From positions 62,001-126,000 of the forward strand of contig ADNK01001927.1 in NCBI GenBank assembly GCA_000320545.1: 64,000 nucleotides of DNA. The letters are read 5' to 3'. Shown piece after piece: positions 39,458 to 52,413 of this stretch. This stretch comes from Bigelowiella natans CCMP2755 (lineage: Eukaryota; Protista; Cercozoa). The notes below the pieces were generated by a model. It was not told the DNA's origin. It saw only the letters and a program-made list of their open reading frames with translations, and made no database searches. The stretch's first letter is position 1, and each line of letters starts with the position of its first letter. Made by a program: the position numbers and the translations under genes.

Positions 39458-39991
39458 GGTTTTGATTTTGCATTTTTAGGATCAGAGTATGATTCGGTAT
39501 CTGAGGTATTATTATGCTAATCAATAATAATGTGCTTATCATCATCCAAGAAGTAACAATCATGTGCTTATCCTTGTACTCTTCCTCCTTCTCCTCTTCC
39601 TCCCCCTCCTCCTCCCGTTATGAAGGTCACTTCCTTCAATCAAAGCAAACAGCATGAAGATTTAAAATGTGTCAGAGAAGGAGGTACGTGTATTCACAAA
39701 CTAACCAACTAAGTAGCAACTAAACAAGAAGGGAAAATGAATAACACTGATGATCACAAAGTATCATATCCGCAATCGTGATAAACATGATCTATGATGC
39801 TTTTAAATGAAGCGAAGACATGTGATGATGATGATGAGTTGATGATGATGAGTTGATTATATTATAAAAATAGAATGGTGACGATTAACAATAAATTTTG
39901 AATTGTTAGGGAGAGTGAAGGATGAGCTCACGTGCGGAGAGAAGTGGTATGTGTAGGTTTTCGAAGAGGGGTGTAGATTATGTGTATTTAT

Positions 39992-40038
<47 letters not shown>

Positions 40039-40765
40039 CATTTGGCATGAACGAAGAAACAAATGAATGAATCAACGGTTAGTAGAGATATTAATGGCAA
40101 AGGTAATAGTCTGTAAGATCCTCCTCCTCCTCCTCCTCCTTGTTATCTCCCTCCTCGACTCCACCTCTACATCATATTTTCTGATTTGTTGTTGTTGTTG
40201 TTGGTGTTGTTGTTGTAAGGTGTGTGCCTTCATCGCTTCAGCCAATGGGAATCATGATCGTTCTTCACCTCACCCAGCAATTTAGGTTGGTAGCTTGCTT
40301 GCTGCTGGGAGCTATCGGACACTATGTACTCATTTTATCATGCTACCTCATTCCAATAAGAATATGTAGTTGCAGTTCTTTTGATTCTTATTCTTATTCT
40401 TGTTCTTAACCTATTCTTCTTCTTCTTACTACTACTACTGCTGCTGCTATTACTATGGTAACTAGTGGAATAAATGCAGTGATTTTCTTCTGCCAGGAAA
40501 TCTTCCTTGATGCTGGTACAATAGCCATTGGTCTTTTGTCTTCATCGTTTCAGAATGATTACCCCCATCATCACTATCTCTCCTCTTACACAAAACCATC
40601 AAATCAATAGGTGTGGAGAATCCTGTGGTTGCATCGTTGATCGTTGCTGTCGTGCAGGTGCCTAAAGAGAGAGAGGAGGGGATCAATTGAAGATAATAAT
40701 ACATTGGAAGGATGAGAGGAGGATTCCCAACAATTACATATCGTTAAAAGTGAATTTAGTGTTAT

Positions 40766-40830
<65 letters not shown>

Positions 40831-42265
40831 ACAGTGCTTCCTGGTGATTATGATCTTATTGGCAGGTCGGATTTACGCTGTGGTGTGCTCTGCTTCCTAC
40901 ACCTATTATACTTAAACTAAATAAGCACCACGGATTTATACGAATATGTATTATTTGTTGTTACTTATTATATTGATGATAGGCAGGGCGCCGAGTGATG
41001 CTGACTTCATCTCTCTCTGGAATGACAATTTCTTGCCTTAGCATGGCTATGGTACTACTACTACTACTATTCCTACTGCTACTACTACTACTACTACTAC
41101 TACTACTATTAGTAGTAGTAGTTGTAGTAGTATCATGTAATAATATCAGCTGGTTTGGGAGAAGTATCTTTGATCGATGCAGTGGGCTTATGATATAAAG
41201 ATGAAATGGTGAATGATTCCCCACTTCGTATCAATGATCCTCCTCTGTTTCCTGTTGTTGTTCTTCTTCTTGTTGATGTTACTACTACTCCTACTCCTCC
41301 TATTCCTAGGCGTTCCATCTAAAACAAGTTGGAAGTCGTCAAGACTGGCTCGCGGTAGCACATACACGCACATACATGCATACATACATACACACATACA
41401 CTGCTAAATAAATGGTTTAGTTGTTATTCCTGATTATAACATCATTTTGCATGAATGATAGCATGTGGTAGTGGTGGTGGTGCTATTCTCACTAAAATAT
41501 AGGAGTAAGAACATTGAGTGGTGATAGAAGTATAGTTGTAGTAATAGTAGTAGTAGAACCAATTGTGTGGAAGTAGTATTTATTGTTGATGGTGGTGTCG
41601 TTAAGGGCAATCAGTAGAGGTAGTAGTAGCAGGTAGAGCATAAGTTGTTATCAATCTCCTGATGAATTCTCGATATTATTCGTCCTACTGAAATCAATGT
41701 GTTTGGGTTATTATTATTATTATTTTTATTATTATTATTGTAGGTTCTGAGCTTGCTGTTGTATATTTCATCGTTTTCTTTGGGATGTGGCGCAATCGTA
41801 TGGATCATTCAAGGAGAACTGCTTCCAAACAGGGTAGTACTGCTACTGCTACTACTACTACTACTACTACTACTACCACTACTATCAACAACTACTTCTA
41901 TTTTGGCTACTGCTGCTGCTACTTCCAATCACCACCACCCATTGAAGCTACTGCTGTTTGTTGTTTTCCTTCACCCATAGCGTACGTGCAGCAGTATGGA
42001 GATATTCACTATGACGAACTCGTATTGATGGAGTAATTATTGGCATTATTATACCGACAGATTCGTGGTTCAGGAGGCTCAATTACCTCAGGTTTTAACT
42101 GGACATGCTCTCTCCTCGTTACCGGATCTTTTCAATTCATGCTCAATACCTTTGAAGGTCAGAAGAATGCCAAATTACCGGCTATTCTGCGAATAACTGA
42201 CTTCACAGATAAGTTTCTCAGTTACTCACTGAATACGTCATGCGACAGCCATTGCGAAATATATC

Positions 42266-42345
<80 letters not shown>

Positions 42346-42712
42346 GAGAGAGAGAGATTTTGTCAGTGTCAACCATTTCTTCCTCTCCATATATCCGTTT
42401 ATCTCCTCTGTATTTTCCCTTCCTTTCTCCTCCCTCAGGTGTCGGTACATTCCTCTTCTACGCTGGCGTGTGTGCGTTCGGAGCCATTTTTGTAATGAAA
42501 CTTCATCACTTTTATCAACATCATATCAAGGGGGAGGGGAAGGGAGGAATGATTGAAAATATGAGTTTATAAGCAGTTTCTCTGGTCCAGATTAGTCCAG
42601 ATTTTAATCGATTTGTTTATTTCCAAAGGTTTTAACGACGGTTCCAGAAACCATGGGCATGGAACTTGAAGCAATAGAGAAATATTTTAAAGTCAGAGAC
42701 AAGAAGGAATGA
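36488..42712 (+). CDS. MFS sugar porter (GLUT8/ERD6/Tret1-like), many exons
   Basis: N-terminal DPLL motif; FMFGFNLGFTSP, DYLGRK, GRMLTGFG, YIAEISPKELRGALG, MPESP, AGRR, WIIQGELLP, VPETMG; stop at 42712. Confidence 0.92.
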
Positions 42713-43689
42713 GACGAAATACAAATATGCTGCGCAATGTGTATTAGTATACATGACAAAATTCACAATAAACACAAACATACCATTGTTGTGATGGCAC
42801 ATGCATGGGCGCATTATTAGTTAGTCAGGCTATAGCTAGCATGTGCACATCTAGCTAGCTATCACATGTACATTGTGTGTGCTATTACTGTGTCCATTAT
42901 GAGTATGAGCCCTTTTTTGGGCCCCCGAGCAATGGTCCTTCTTCACCTCACAAGCCCCAAATGTGCCTTCTCCATGTCACAAGTTGTCATTTCTGTGTCT
43001 TTTGCTGTGCATGCAGTGACTGGCAGCGATGCGCAAATGCAATGCAAACTTGATGAAGCGCTTTGTTTCAAACACCTTGCAAAAGATGTAGCTTTTTATT
43101 TTGGCATTGTGCATGTGCATTGCAAGCCTACGACATGTGCGCATTCTAAAAGGGACACTTGTTTCATGCACACCGTGTTTCGCGTCATTTGAATTTCATG
43201 ATGCAACACACATGGAGGTTGATGTCAAGCGTGACAAGGATGAATTGTTCAGAATTTGTACAATGGACATAGTAATAGCACATGTGATGCATGCATGATG
43301 GGCTGCAATGAAGGCAATGAAAATTAGTGGGCAATGTTTTCTAATGATGCATAGTGGTGCTATGTGGCATGTGCAGTAGACAAAAAGTAGCTCATGAAAC
43401 ATGCTGTGTGATAGTATGAGATGGAAGTAACGGTACAACATGTCTTTTACGACGTACACCAGCATGTGTGTTGCATGCGGCATCTACTCGATCCTTCACA
43501 CTGTGTCCACGGGATAAGTATAGATATAAAGTCTCTATTCGTGTATATGTGCTCTAGCATGCATGTCTCAAGCACATATATATAAATCATCGGATAGTTC
43601 ATATGTTTGTACATGAATTTTCTAAGATTTCCCACTCCACAGATAGTACACGTCCGTGTAAAAGCAATACTAGGTAATTTTGATTTATG

Positions 43690-43773
<84 letters not shown>

Positions 43774-43800
43774 AAATCAATTCTACCTAAGCTGATAAGG

Positions 43801-44673
43801 CTATAGTAGGTGGTCTTTTGAGTCGATATCTGAAACGACGCTGGTTTTTGGCTGAGACTTCAGAGACACTAAATTATCACTTTGTTCTCCGAGTCTCAAC
43901 TTCAGTCTCTTTACAACATTTGTAGCTCTAAGGGGATTAGGTTTTCCACTTGTGCTTGTGCTATCGACCTTCGCAGGGGTCCTACCACCGGACGTTTGAG
44001 CCTGCTTTTCCCTCCTTACTAAAATAGAACTATGAGAACTATTGAGACTTTTCAGGCTCTTAGCTGTACTCCCAGTTACAATTTCACTGAGGCATGAATA
44101 TACAATTTTGGCATGTTGTGGTCGATCTCTTGGATTTATTTGAATGCATTGTGATATAATATTCTTGATATCTTTATTGAGATCAAAAGGACCCAGTATT
44201 TTCTCAATGTCGAAGGCCGTCTTCGCACCGTTCCTTTCAAGCGATTTGTAATAGCGTCTCAAATTGCCCGTGTTTAGCATGTCAGATATGGATTCACCCG
44301 TCAGCACCTCGATCATCAGGAATCCCATCGAAAACACATCCAACGCCATCACCTGTTCGGATTTCTTGAAGATATCACTTTTTCCCAACTAATGCAGCTC
44401 GGGGGCCCAATACTGTGGCAAAGAATGTTTCTGAAGTTCTCCAATTGAGATCGAAATTGATTGACATGTTTTTGATGGGTCCGTATCCTTCGTGTCGTCA
44501 GCACTTTCCTTTTTACTTTCTATTTGAACCTCTTTCGGTGACGGTGCAATTTTCAGTGCGTACATCAACCAGCTCGACTTTATAATTAGACAAGACTCGG
44601 AAGTTATCAGGATCCCAACCCCGCCAAACGCTGTTACCAAGAGAAACTGTTTTTCTCTATTATTCAGTGCCAA
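43801..44673 (-). pseudogene. Protein kinase C-lobe fragment with in-frame stop
   Basis: YWAPELH-stop(44389-44391)-...DVFSMG..EVLTG...CIQINPRDRP corresponds to subdomains VIII-XI; no Gly-loop, HRD or DFG visible upstream. Confidence 0.65.
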
Positions 44674-45112
44674 AACTCACGGAAATTTGTGAGATCACGG
44701 AAATTTTGCTGTGCTTTGCGACCTGGCCCCAATAAACTAACCAATAATTTCCACTAGACTAGATCTAAAACAGTTTTGATCCTTTTACTTGTGTTGGGAA
44801 CGGATACGTTGTCGTATGGGGAGACTCTACATCTCGTACGTTTTATGAAAATTCCACAGCGGTTTCGTCGCCTATTCTGGGAATATTCTACAGTATAGAT
44901 CTACGACTAATAAAATAAAATTACGGTATGGGTTTTCCTTTTAAATCCAAACAATGGACTAAACAAATGTCATGCGTCATCGCATGTTCTATGTCGCAAA
45001 TTGAAATGATTTTTTTCTCCTTCTTATGACAGCCGAGCCGAGCTTGCTGGATCAAAATCAATCTGGATTCTCGAGAATTCATCACAACTGAAATCACCAA
45101 ACCACCAACACA

Positions 45113-45808
45113 ATGGCAGACCAAAAGCAAGAGCAAAAGATATCAACACTGTTAGCAAAGAAGTCCCAAGGAGACCATGGTATACCTCTTCATTTTCGAA
45201 GAAAAGGGAATGAGCTTGGAAAAGGATGTCCTGGAAGTCCTGAAACAAAGGCGGCAATACTATTTCATGACGGAATGCTCCATCGATGGGGTATAAACAG
45301 ACGAATCAACCGTTCTCTTGGTAATGCATTAATCGTTGCTGCGATGAAGCAAAATTATGCTCCTGCTGTGGCATACTGCTACGGCAATGGGTGGGGCGGG
45401 TTGAAAAAGGACCGCATAAAGAACGAAGAAACGTGGCAGGCAGCAGCAAAAGAAGCAGATGCTTACGGGATATGCTTTCTCGGTTGGATAAAAGAGCGCA
45501 ATTTAGTTGAAACAATGAGTAATTCTAGCTCCAAATCACAATATAAGCCTACAAAAGAGGCCTTCGATCTCTTTAAGACCGCTGCCGATATGGGTAACAT
45601 ATTCGCGTACGTACCTACAGGGAACTACTATCTCTATGGTGATGGCGGCGTAGAAAAGAATTTAGATAAGGCCCAGCATTATTTACAGCTTGCTAAAGAT
45701 GTTGGGCATCGCCAAGCACAAAAAGGTCTTCGCAAGATAGAAACGGAAAGGAATCGAAGTAAACCGAGTGCGCGGTCAAAACCTAGCACTGAACAACGTG
45801 AAGACTGA
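45113..45808 (+). CDS. SEL1-like repeat protein, single exon
   Basis: YCYGNGWGGLKKD; AFDLFKTAADMGN...GNYYLYGDGGVEKNLDKAQHYLQLAKDVGHRQA. Confidence 0.85.
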   Translation: MADQKQEQKISTLLAKKSQGDHGIPLHFRRKGNELGKGCPGSPETKAAILFHDGMLHRWGINRRINRSLGNALIVAAMKQNYAPAVAYCYGNGWGGLKKDRIKNEETWQAAAKEADAYGICFLGWIKERNLVETMSNSSSKSQYKPTKEAFDLFKTAADMGNIFAYVPTGNYYLYGDGGVEKNLDKAQHYLQLAKDVGHRQAQKGLRKIETERNRSKPSARSKPSTEQRED

Positions 45809-46679
45809 TACCATAACAGTGTCCCGTATAGCCTAGACTATGCCATTGAAAGAAGCATTGAAATATATCATAGTTATCAGATTCTTATCATTGTACAATA
45901 GTTGTATCTGGGCATCTATCTGCATCGAACTTGTCATAACGCTTTTGTGTTCAAAAAAAGCTGCAGCTTTGTGCAGCTATCATGATTCACAATGACATTG
46001 AATTGCCGAGATGTAAGCTTACACTGTAGATGATGTTGAATTTCAATTACTTCATTGCATTCGTCTCGCATGATGTAGATGCGGGGGCTACATCACACTG
46101 CGCGATGTCGGCAACGTGTTTTTTGTGTTTGTGTGGATGCTTTGATTGAAGTACTAGCTAGATGCAATGCGGAACACAAGACAACAATGCGCATCATGTC
46201 ACAGCTTGTGCAAATTTGTCGCATTGTGCAGTGCATGTGTGTGGTTGCTGCGCTCATCAAATGGCTTCTGCAAGAGGTTGAATGTCTGCACGATGTTTGG
46301 GGCAGCATGCATGATGCACACGTGACATTGCGTGTCCATGACAAGCATCCGCCAATTTGACAGATGTTCTGCATTGTCTTGAGTTGTGTCTTTTTCAAAA
46401 TCAATCCATTCATCATCGTGCATCGGCTGCACACATGCATGAACTCAAGTTCTCATTTGTGCGCATTCGTTCAACAAGCTTTGCCATCTGTGGCTGCGCG
46501 TCGCACAATTTCAGCGTCCCATCAAGTTGTTGTGCCGCCCGCCAAACGTGTGCACTTTGCAAGGTCGTGCATGACCCTGCGCGTGCACTTTGCAACTTCG
46601 ATGATGTGATTGATGATGCTCAAAGTGACTCTTGACATCCTTGATGTGTGTGACACGCATTCCAGTTGAACAGAAGGGA

Positions 46680-47355
46680 GCTGCGATGGTCACAAAAGCC
46701 AATGAGCATTGAAAAAGCACACCGGACAATTCATTGTGAAGAGAATGGGGAGCCATGATCACAACAGAAGCCAGGAAGCATCGCAGAACTGCACAAGGTG
46801 ATTCATCACGAAGAGAACAGGGAGCCATGATCACAATGGAAGCCAGGAAGTGTCGCAGAACCACACCGGACAATTTGTTGTGAAGAGAATGGGGAGCTGT
46901 GATTGCAATGGAAGCCAGGAAGCATCGCAGAACTGCACCGGACAACTTGTCATGAAGGCGGAAGGGAGCTGCGGTGATCACAAAAGACTGGAAGGGCAAA
47001 GGAACTGCACCAAGCAATTTGCAACGGCAACTTGAGAGGGCTGCGGTGATCACAAAAGACTGGAAGGGCAAAGGAACTGCACCAAGCAATTTGCAACGGC
47101 AACTTGAGAGGGCTGCGGTGATCACAAAAGACTGGAAGGGCAAAGGAACTGCACCAAGCAATTTGCAACGGCAACTTGAGAGGGCTGCGGTGATCACAAA
47201 AGACTGGAAGGGCAAAGGAACTGCACCAAGTGATTCACGACGGTGACTTGAGAGGGCTGTGGTGATTGCAAAAGACTGGAAGGGCAAAGGAACTGCACCA
47301 AGTGGTTCATGACGGTGACTTGAGAGATCTGCGGTGACAATGGAAGCCAGGAAAA
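46680..47355. repeat. 72-bp tandem array, 9 units plus a partial, two subfamilies
   Basis: Unit starts at 46680, 46752, 46824, 46896, 46968, 47040, 47112, 47184, 47256; units 5-7 identical. Confidence 0.92.
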
Positions 47356-47789
47356 ATCGTTTGCGCAGGTGAGCACCGTGTGTTTCTGGTGGGCGCTTGA
47401 GTCGTTTGCTCCTCCGAGCAGGTTCAAGTGTCTGCTTCTCACTTTTCACTGGTGGTCTGCGTTCACGAGAAAGAACTGGTGTGCTTTTGTTGGCACTTCC
47501 CTCTTGATTTTTGCGCGGTCTGGCTGTCTCCTTTTCACCACTGCCTCTCGTTTCTTGTCATTGGATCGTTGAGCCTCGCACGCAGTGATCGTCTCGATTC
47601 GTCTCATGCAAGCGAGCAATTTTGATTCCATTGTGGTCATTCTTCTTTTCATGGAACGAGTTGTCATCAGAAAGCATCCAAGACTGCATTCCTCGCGATG
47701 CATGTTCCAGGGGAAGAGGGGTGGCACCACCGTTTTGCAAACGAACACTCAATTTCTTTTTGTTTCTTTTCATTTTGTCGGTGGATCTC

Positions 47790-48097
47790 CACGGTGTGGA
47801 GTCTGGGCAGGAACAACAGGATGTTTTGCGTGCATGTCTGTCACTGCCTTGAAGAAATCATCACGCGCCGCAAATCGGCGTTTCTTTGAGCCCATCGTGT
47901 GCAGTCTGGGCAGGAACAATGGGATGTTTTGTGTGCACATCTGTCACTGCCTCATGGAAATTGTCACAGACCGCACTAGCGCACATCGGCGTTGCTTTGG
48001 GCCCATCGTGAGCAGTCTGGGCAGGAACAATGGGATGTTTTGTGTGCACATGTGTTGCTGCTTCACAGAAATCATCACGGGCCGCACATCGGCACCT
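47790..48097. repeat. ~105-bp tandem repeat, 3 units
   Basis: AGTCTGGGCAGGAACAA..GGATGTTTTG.GTGCA occurs three times. Confidence 0.85.
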
Positions 48098-48573
48098 GGC
48101 TAGCTGGCACATCAGCCTGGCTGCTGCACACACACACGCACACCCAGATCGACACACCCATGCTGTGCAGCATCGAATGCGATGCACGTGCGCACAAATT
48201 GTGCATGAGCACCACTAGACGACTGGGCTAGTGGGCCAGGCTTTGCTAGCTTTGCCGAAACTGTGCACGCAAGTGCTGAACGCGTGTGCAATGTGCATGC
48301 TGCACGTGTGAAGCAAAGGCCTGGAAATTGTGCATGACGTGCATTGCTGCACACAACAGCACAACAGCACCTGTTGCAATTCAGCAGGTGTTGTCTCCAT
48401 GCAAGCCAGCATGTGGTTTGTTGCGCATTGCAACGCACAGCTCACGGCACCCATGTGTTTCAGGTGCGCACGTGCGGCATGCACTACATGTGCAAGCCCA
48501 CAGGTCGCAAGCATCACAGATAGAATCTATCAGATTGAAATTGTAGAGCCATGAAACCGTTCTAATGAAACGA

Positions 48574-50142
48574 TCATGCTTCAACTTGATTCAGTGAGTT
48601 GGAGGGGAGTGCCTTCACTGAGGCGAAGTCAATGATGTCTAGTGCGTATTCATAGTTCTGATGCCAGTTACTGAGTAGCAACGTGCGAAGCCACAATTTA
48701 ATCCCTTTGTGAACTTCAGCACGAATGTCGGTAAGTAAGGTCATATTGTCTCTGCAAAAAGGCGGGCACCGTTCAAGCGGGTCATGCTTGAGTATACTGA
48801 GAATGTCGATGTTACGAGCTAGTTTGGTAAAGGCAGCCACACGTGTTTCGTGGAATTCCAATAGAGTAGAAGCAAATCCCAGCTTACCTGTATCATGTAT
48901 TTCCCAGTGTAGAAGAGAAGGCAATGGGATGTGAGAAATAGTGACGACGAAGACGACAAGTATGATGATGATGAAGATGACGATGATAATGAGCGATGGA
49001 AATATATTATATCCATGATAAAAACGATAGTAAGGCTTGAACTGCACACTTCTATCAGAGGCTGATGACTCTAGCCCTTCCCACAATAAATATGTCATTT
49101 CTGGACAAATGATCAGTTCTGCTGCAGCATCAAAAAATCTTATTCTCTCACCAAGTAAAGAAGAAATGTCCGCTCAACTAATACCAACCTTTCTCTGTCG
49201 CGATTAGTGATTTAACATGCTTCACCCATTTGTCCCTCTCGGCTTCCGAATGGCATCGAATGTGTATGGTGCGTGAAAGGCCAGTTCGTGTCGAAATACC
49301 CTTTCAAATGATAATGTTATAAGTAATGAGTCGTCGTATTCTCTAAGTGATATGGGGCCATAAATGCTGCAATACTATCCAGCAACAATGTAGCTACTGC
49401 TACAACAACAACAACAACAACTGCTACTACCTTGAACTTGAAAATCTGATTGTCCGAGCTTGGGAGAATGTAACCACCGGGGAGCAGAATGTCCATATTG
49501 TACTGCTCTTCTGCCTCCGATTTGCTCTCACTTCCACCCACCTTGCGGCATTGGAAGACCTGCAGGAGTGTATAAGTGTATGTGAGTAACTTTCTACTTG
49601 ATTTTGATATCGCATTCGATGATTATTCCTTTATTACTTATATGTTGCTTTACCCATTGTCTTCTTTCTAACCCTACACTTAAACTGACTTATCCCAACA
49701 CAGAAATAGATATCCTTGAAGATTTCCTCAACTATTACTTCAACTACTTCTACTTTACACTACTAACCGGCTTTATTGCTCCAGATTTTTTATCTTTTTT
49801 CCAAGCGACCTTGATGAAAACCTGAGCCCAGAGAGACGCATCCTTCTTGTGCACACCAGCTAGGGACTTCAGAATGAAACGAGATTTCTTATTGTCTTTG
49901 ATTTGCTGGCTGTTGAGGCGGTAGAAATATTCTTTATCTCTAAATCTATGATCTTGAGTCACATGAGAGAAGTAGCCTTTCCGCATCACGGCATTACCAA
50001 GAATGACCTACAAATTATGCGTCGAGTAAGATAACAAACAGCAACAGTAGAAAATAAAAGACGACGTCATCATCATCATCTTATTTATATAATCTATTGA
50101 TCCATGTGTCTACGTATGCATCTTCCACATTTAATATTTATT

Positions 50143-50175
<33 letters not shown>

Positions 50176-50372
50176 AACTACTACTACTACCGCATCTGCT
50201 CTGTTCTTCGCAAAGCCTGAACTAACAATCCATGATACCGCTTCAGAACCCACAAAGCACTGCTCATACTTCTTAAAATGGTATTTCCTGTCCTTGATAT
50301 CAAGCCCAGTTTCTGACTCCATTTGCGTTGCGATCTCAGCAATGACAGCTCCATATCTACACGAAACGAACA

Positions 50373-50405
<33 letters not shown>

Positions 50406-52377
50406 AAACGAAGAAGTAAGAACAAAAGCAATCAATTAGTGATTTGAACGATTGAAATATCATGTAAAACAAAATGTTGATAATTGACGCAGGCTACCGA
50501 ATAAGAATTCTTCTTTATCATCAATTTTAAAATCTTCTTATGCCATAACAACAACAACAACTACTACTACCACCACTACTCATAGTAATACCACAATCAC
50601 CACCACTTCATGCAACAATTTCCGAATATATTACTGAGTGTTATGTTGGTCTTACGTCCATTGAGTATTTCCCTGGCTTTTGGGAGTTGTTGTCGCTTCT
50701 TGTTGTTGTTGTTCCTTTTTGCTATCATCTCCTCCATCCTTCAAACCACGACTTGCCTTCTTGTTTCGTTCTGAATCCAACGAATCATGGACGAAAGCGA
50801 GTCGTTTCTTTCGACTTTGATTCATAGGTGTCGCTGGGGTGAGACTGCTTATACCCCCCCCCTCCTTACCGCTTCCTAAGGAGAATGGGTGCATGATAGG
50901 GGAATCCGAAGCTCTTGCAGATAGGATTACATCATCAATATCAGTGGTTGCGCCTTTGCCATTTGAGGCTCTAGCACTCTTTGCTCGAGAGAACGCTTCT
51001 GTCCAAGTTTTCATATCTTCAGCATTAAGCACGTGGAATTCGTAGGTCTTCGAGGAGCTGTGAGGAAGAAGGAGGTAGGCAAGAATTTCAGCATTAGTAA
51101 TGATGAATAAGAATACAAGGAGTTTTGAAAGTGTCCATGTTGAGATAAAGAGAAAGAGATGAATCGCCATTAATGCATCGAAGAATTGAGAAAGGACAAC
51201 TAAGTAATCCATACACCTTCTTCTCACCTCCTCACTCTCTGCTCTTTCTAACACATCTTCTTCTTCGACTACTATGTCGTCAATTTAGACATGATGCTTC
51301 TAATACTGCTCATGTCAACTCAACCTTTCTCATTACTTATAGCACACTACGAGGATGGAGGAGGAGGAGGAGGAGGAGGAGGAGGAGGAGGGTGTGAAAG
51401 AATTGGTAGAGCTGCAATACTACCTGGTTTTATTCATATTTTTATGCTTAAGCTGAAACACGGTGGGTTTGTTAGGAAGTGTCAGAATCTGAAGCGCAGA
51501 GATGGGAAGTTGACGAATAGCTTTGGTAGGAGCATCAGGAGTCGCCCAAGTCACCATATCAGGAAAGAGATACAGAATGCGTTGGCGCTTCATTTTCATG
51601 ATTCCAGAGGTCTTATCCACGACAAGTTTACACAGGAAGTTCCTGGTATCTATGTACTTACTTGCTTTCACACCTCTTCCTCCTCCCCCCCCCCCACCAC
51701 GACGACTAGCAGCTTCACTGTTACTGTTAAGGGAATCTAGTGCATAAGCAGCACCATGTACACCTTCATTCTTTTCTATGTCGATTAAAGATTGCGCTGC
51801 CGTTAGAAGCTCCTCCATTGATACCGGAGTTCCCTTCAAAGAAGGACGCGCCATCATCGCTTTGGTGCCGGTCACACCTTCATTCAACATATATTCCAAG
51901 GTCAGACATAGATTATTGACTCTTTGAGAGGGAGGGAGTGAGCAGCATTTATCGTAGGTGTAATCCGTACTACTCGTCAATAATATATCACCATTTTCCT
52001 CATCATGATCACCATAACTTATCTTGCTCACTACGCATTCATCATCACAAAATTAAAAGGGCATTCGTCTGCTACAACTAGTGGTACACGCACAATGTGA
52101 AATAGCTTCTGAGCCGTCTTTATCCACATAGGCTGGACATCCAAGCACTTCAAGAGCAGCATCTGATAAGTGCTGTGAGAGAGCTTTGGACATCAAATCC
52201 CCTGATCGACGTATCTTTATTTCACGGTAAAGACCATTCATTTCGTGCAAGATCTTTGAAAGCCGTGCCCAGTACCTAGGTAATTTATTAATTCGTTGTG
52301 GTAAATTGTTATACTCATTAACACCAAGCTTTTTCTTCCACACCAAAGGCAGAAAAATCATGCAAATGGTGAGGATA

Positions 52378-52413
<36 letters not shown>

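Larger units (their letters stand above)
46080..48520. other. TpA-erased repetitive block (decayed element)
   Basis: About 1.8 kb (46165-47975) with no TA by my reading; remaining TAs mostly in CTAG; contains two tandem arrays. Confidence 0.8.

Noticed and set aside
46680-47355. CRISPR-like array
   Set aside because: Contiguous 72-bp units with no unique spacers, in a eukaryotic context with no cas genes.
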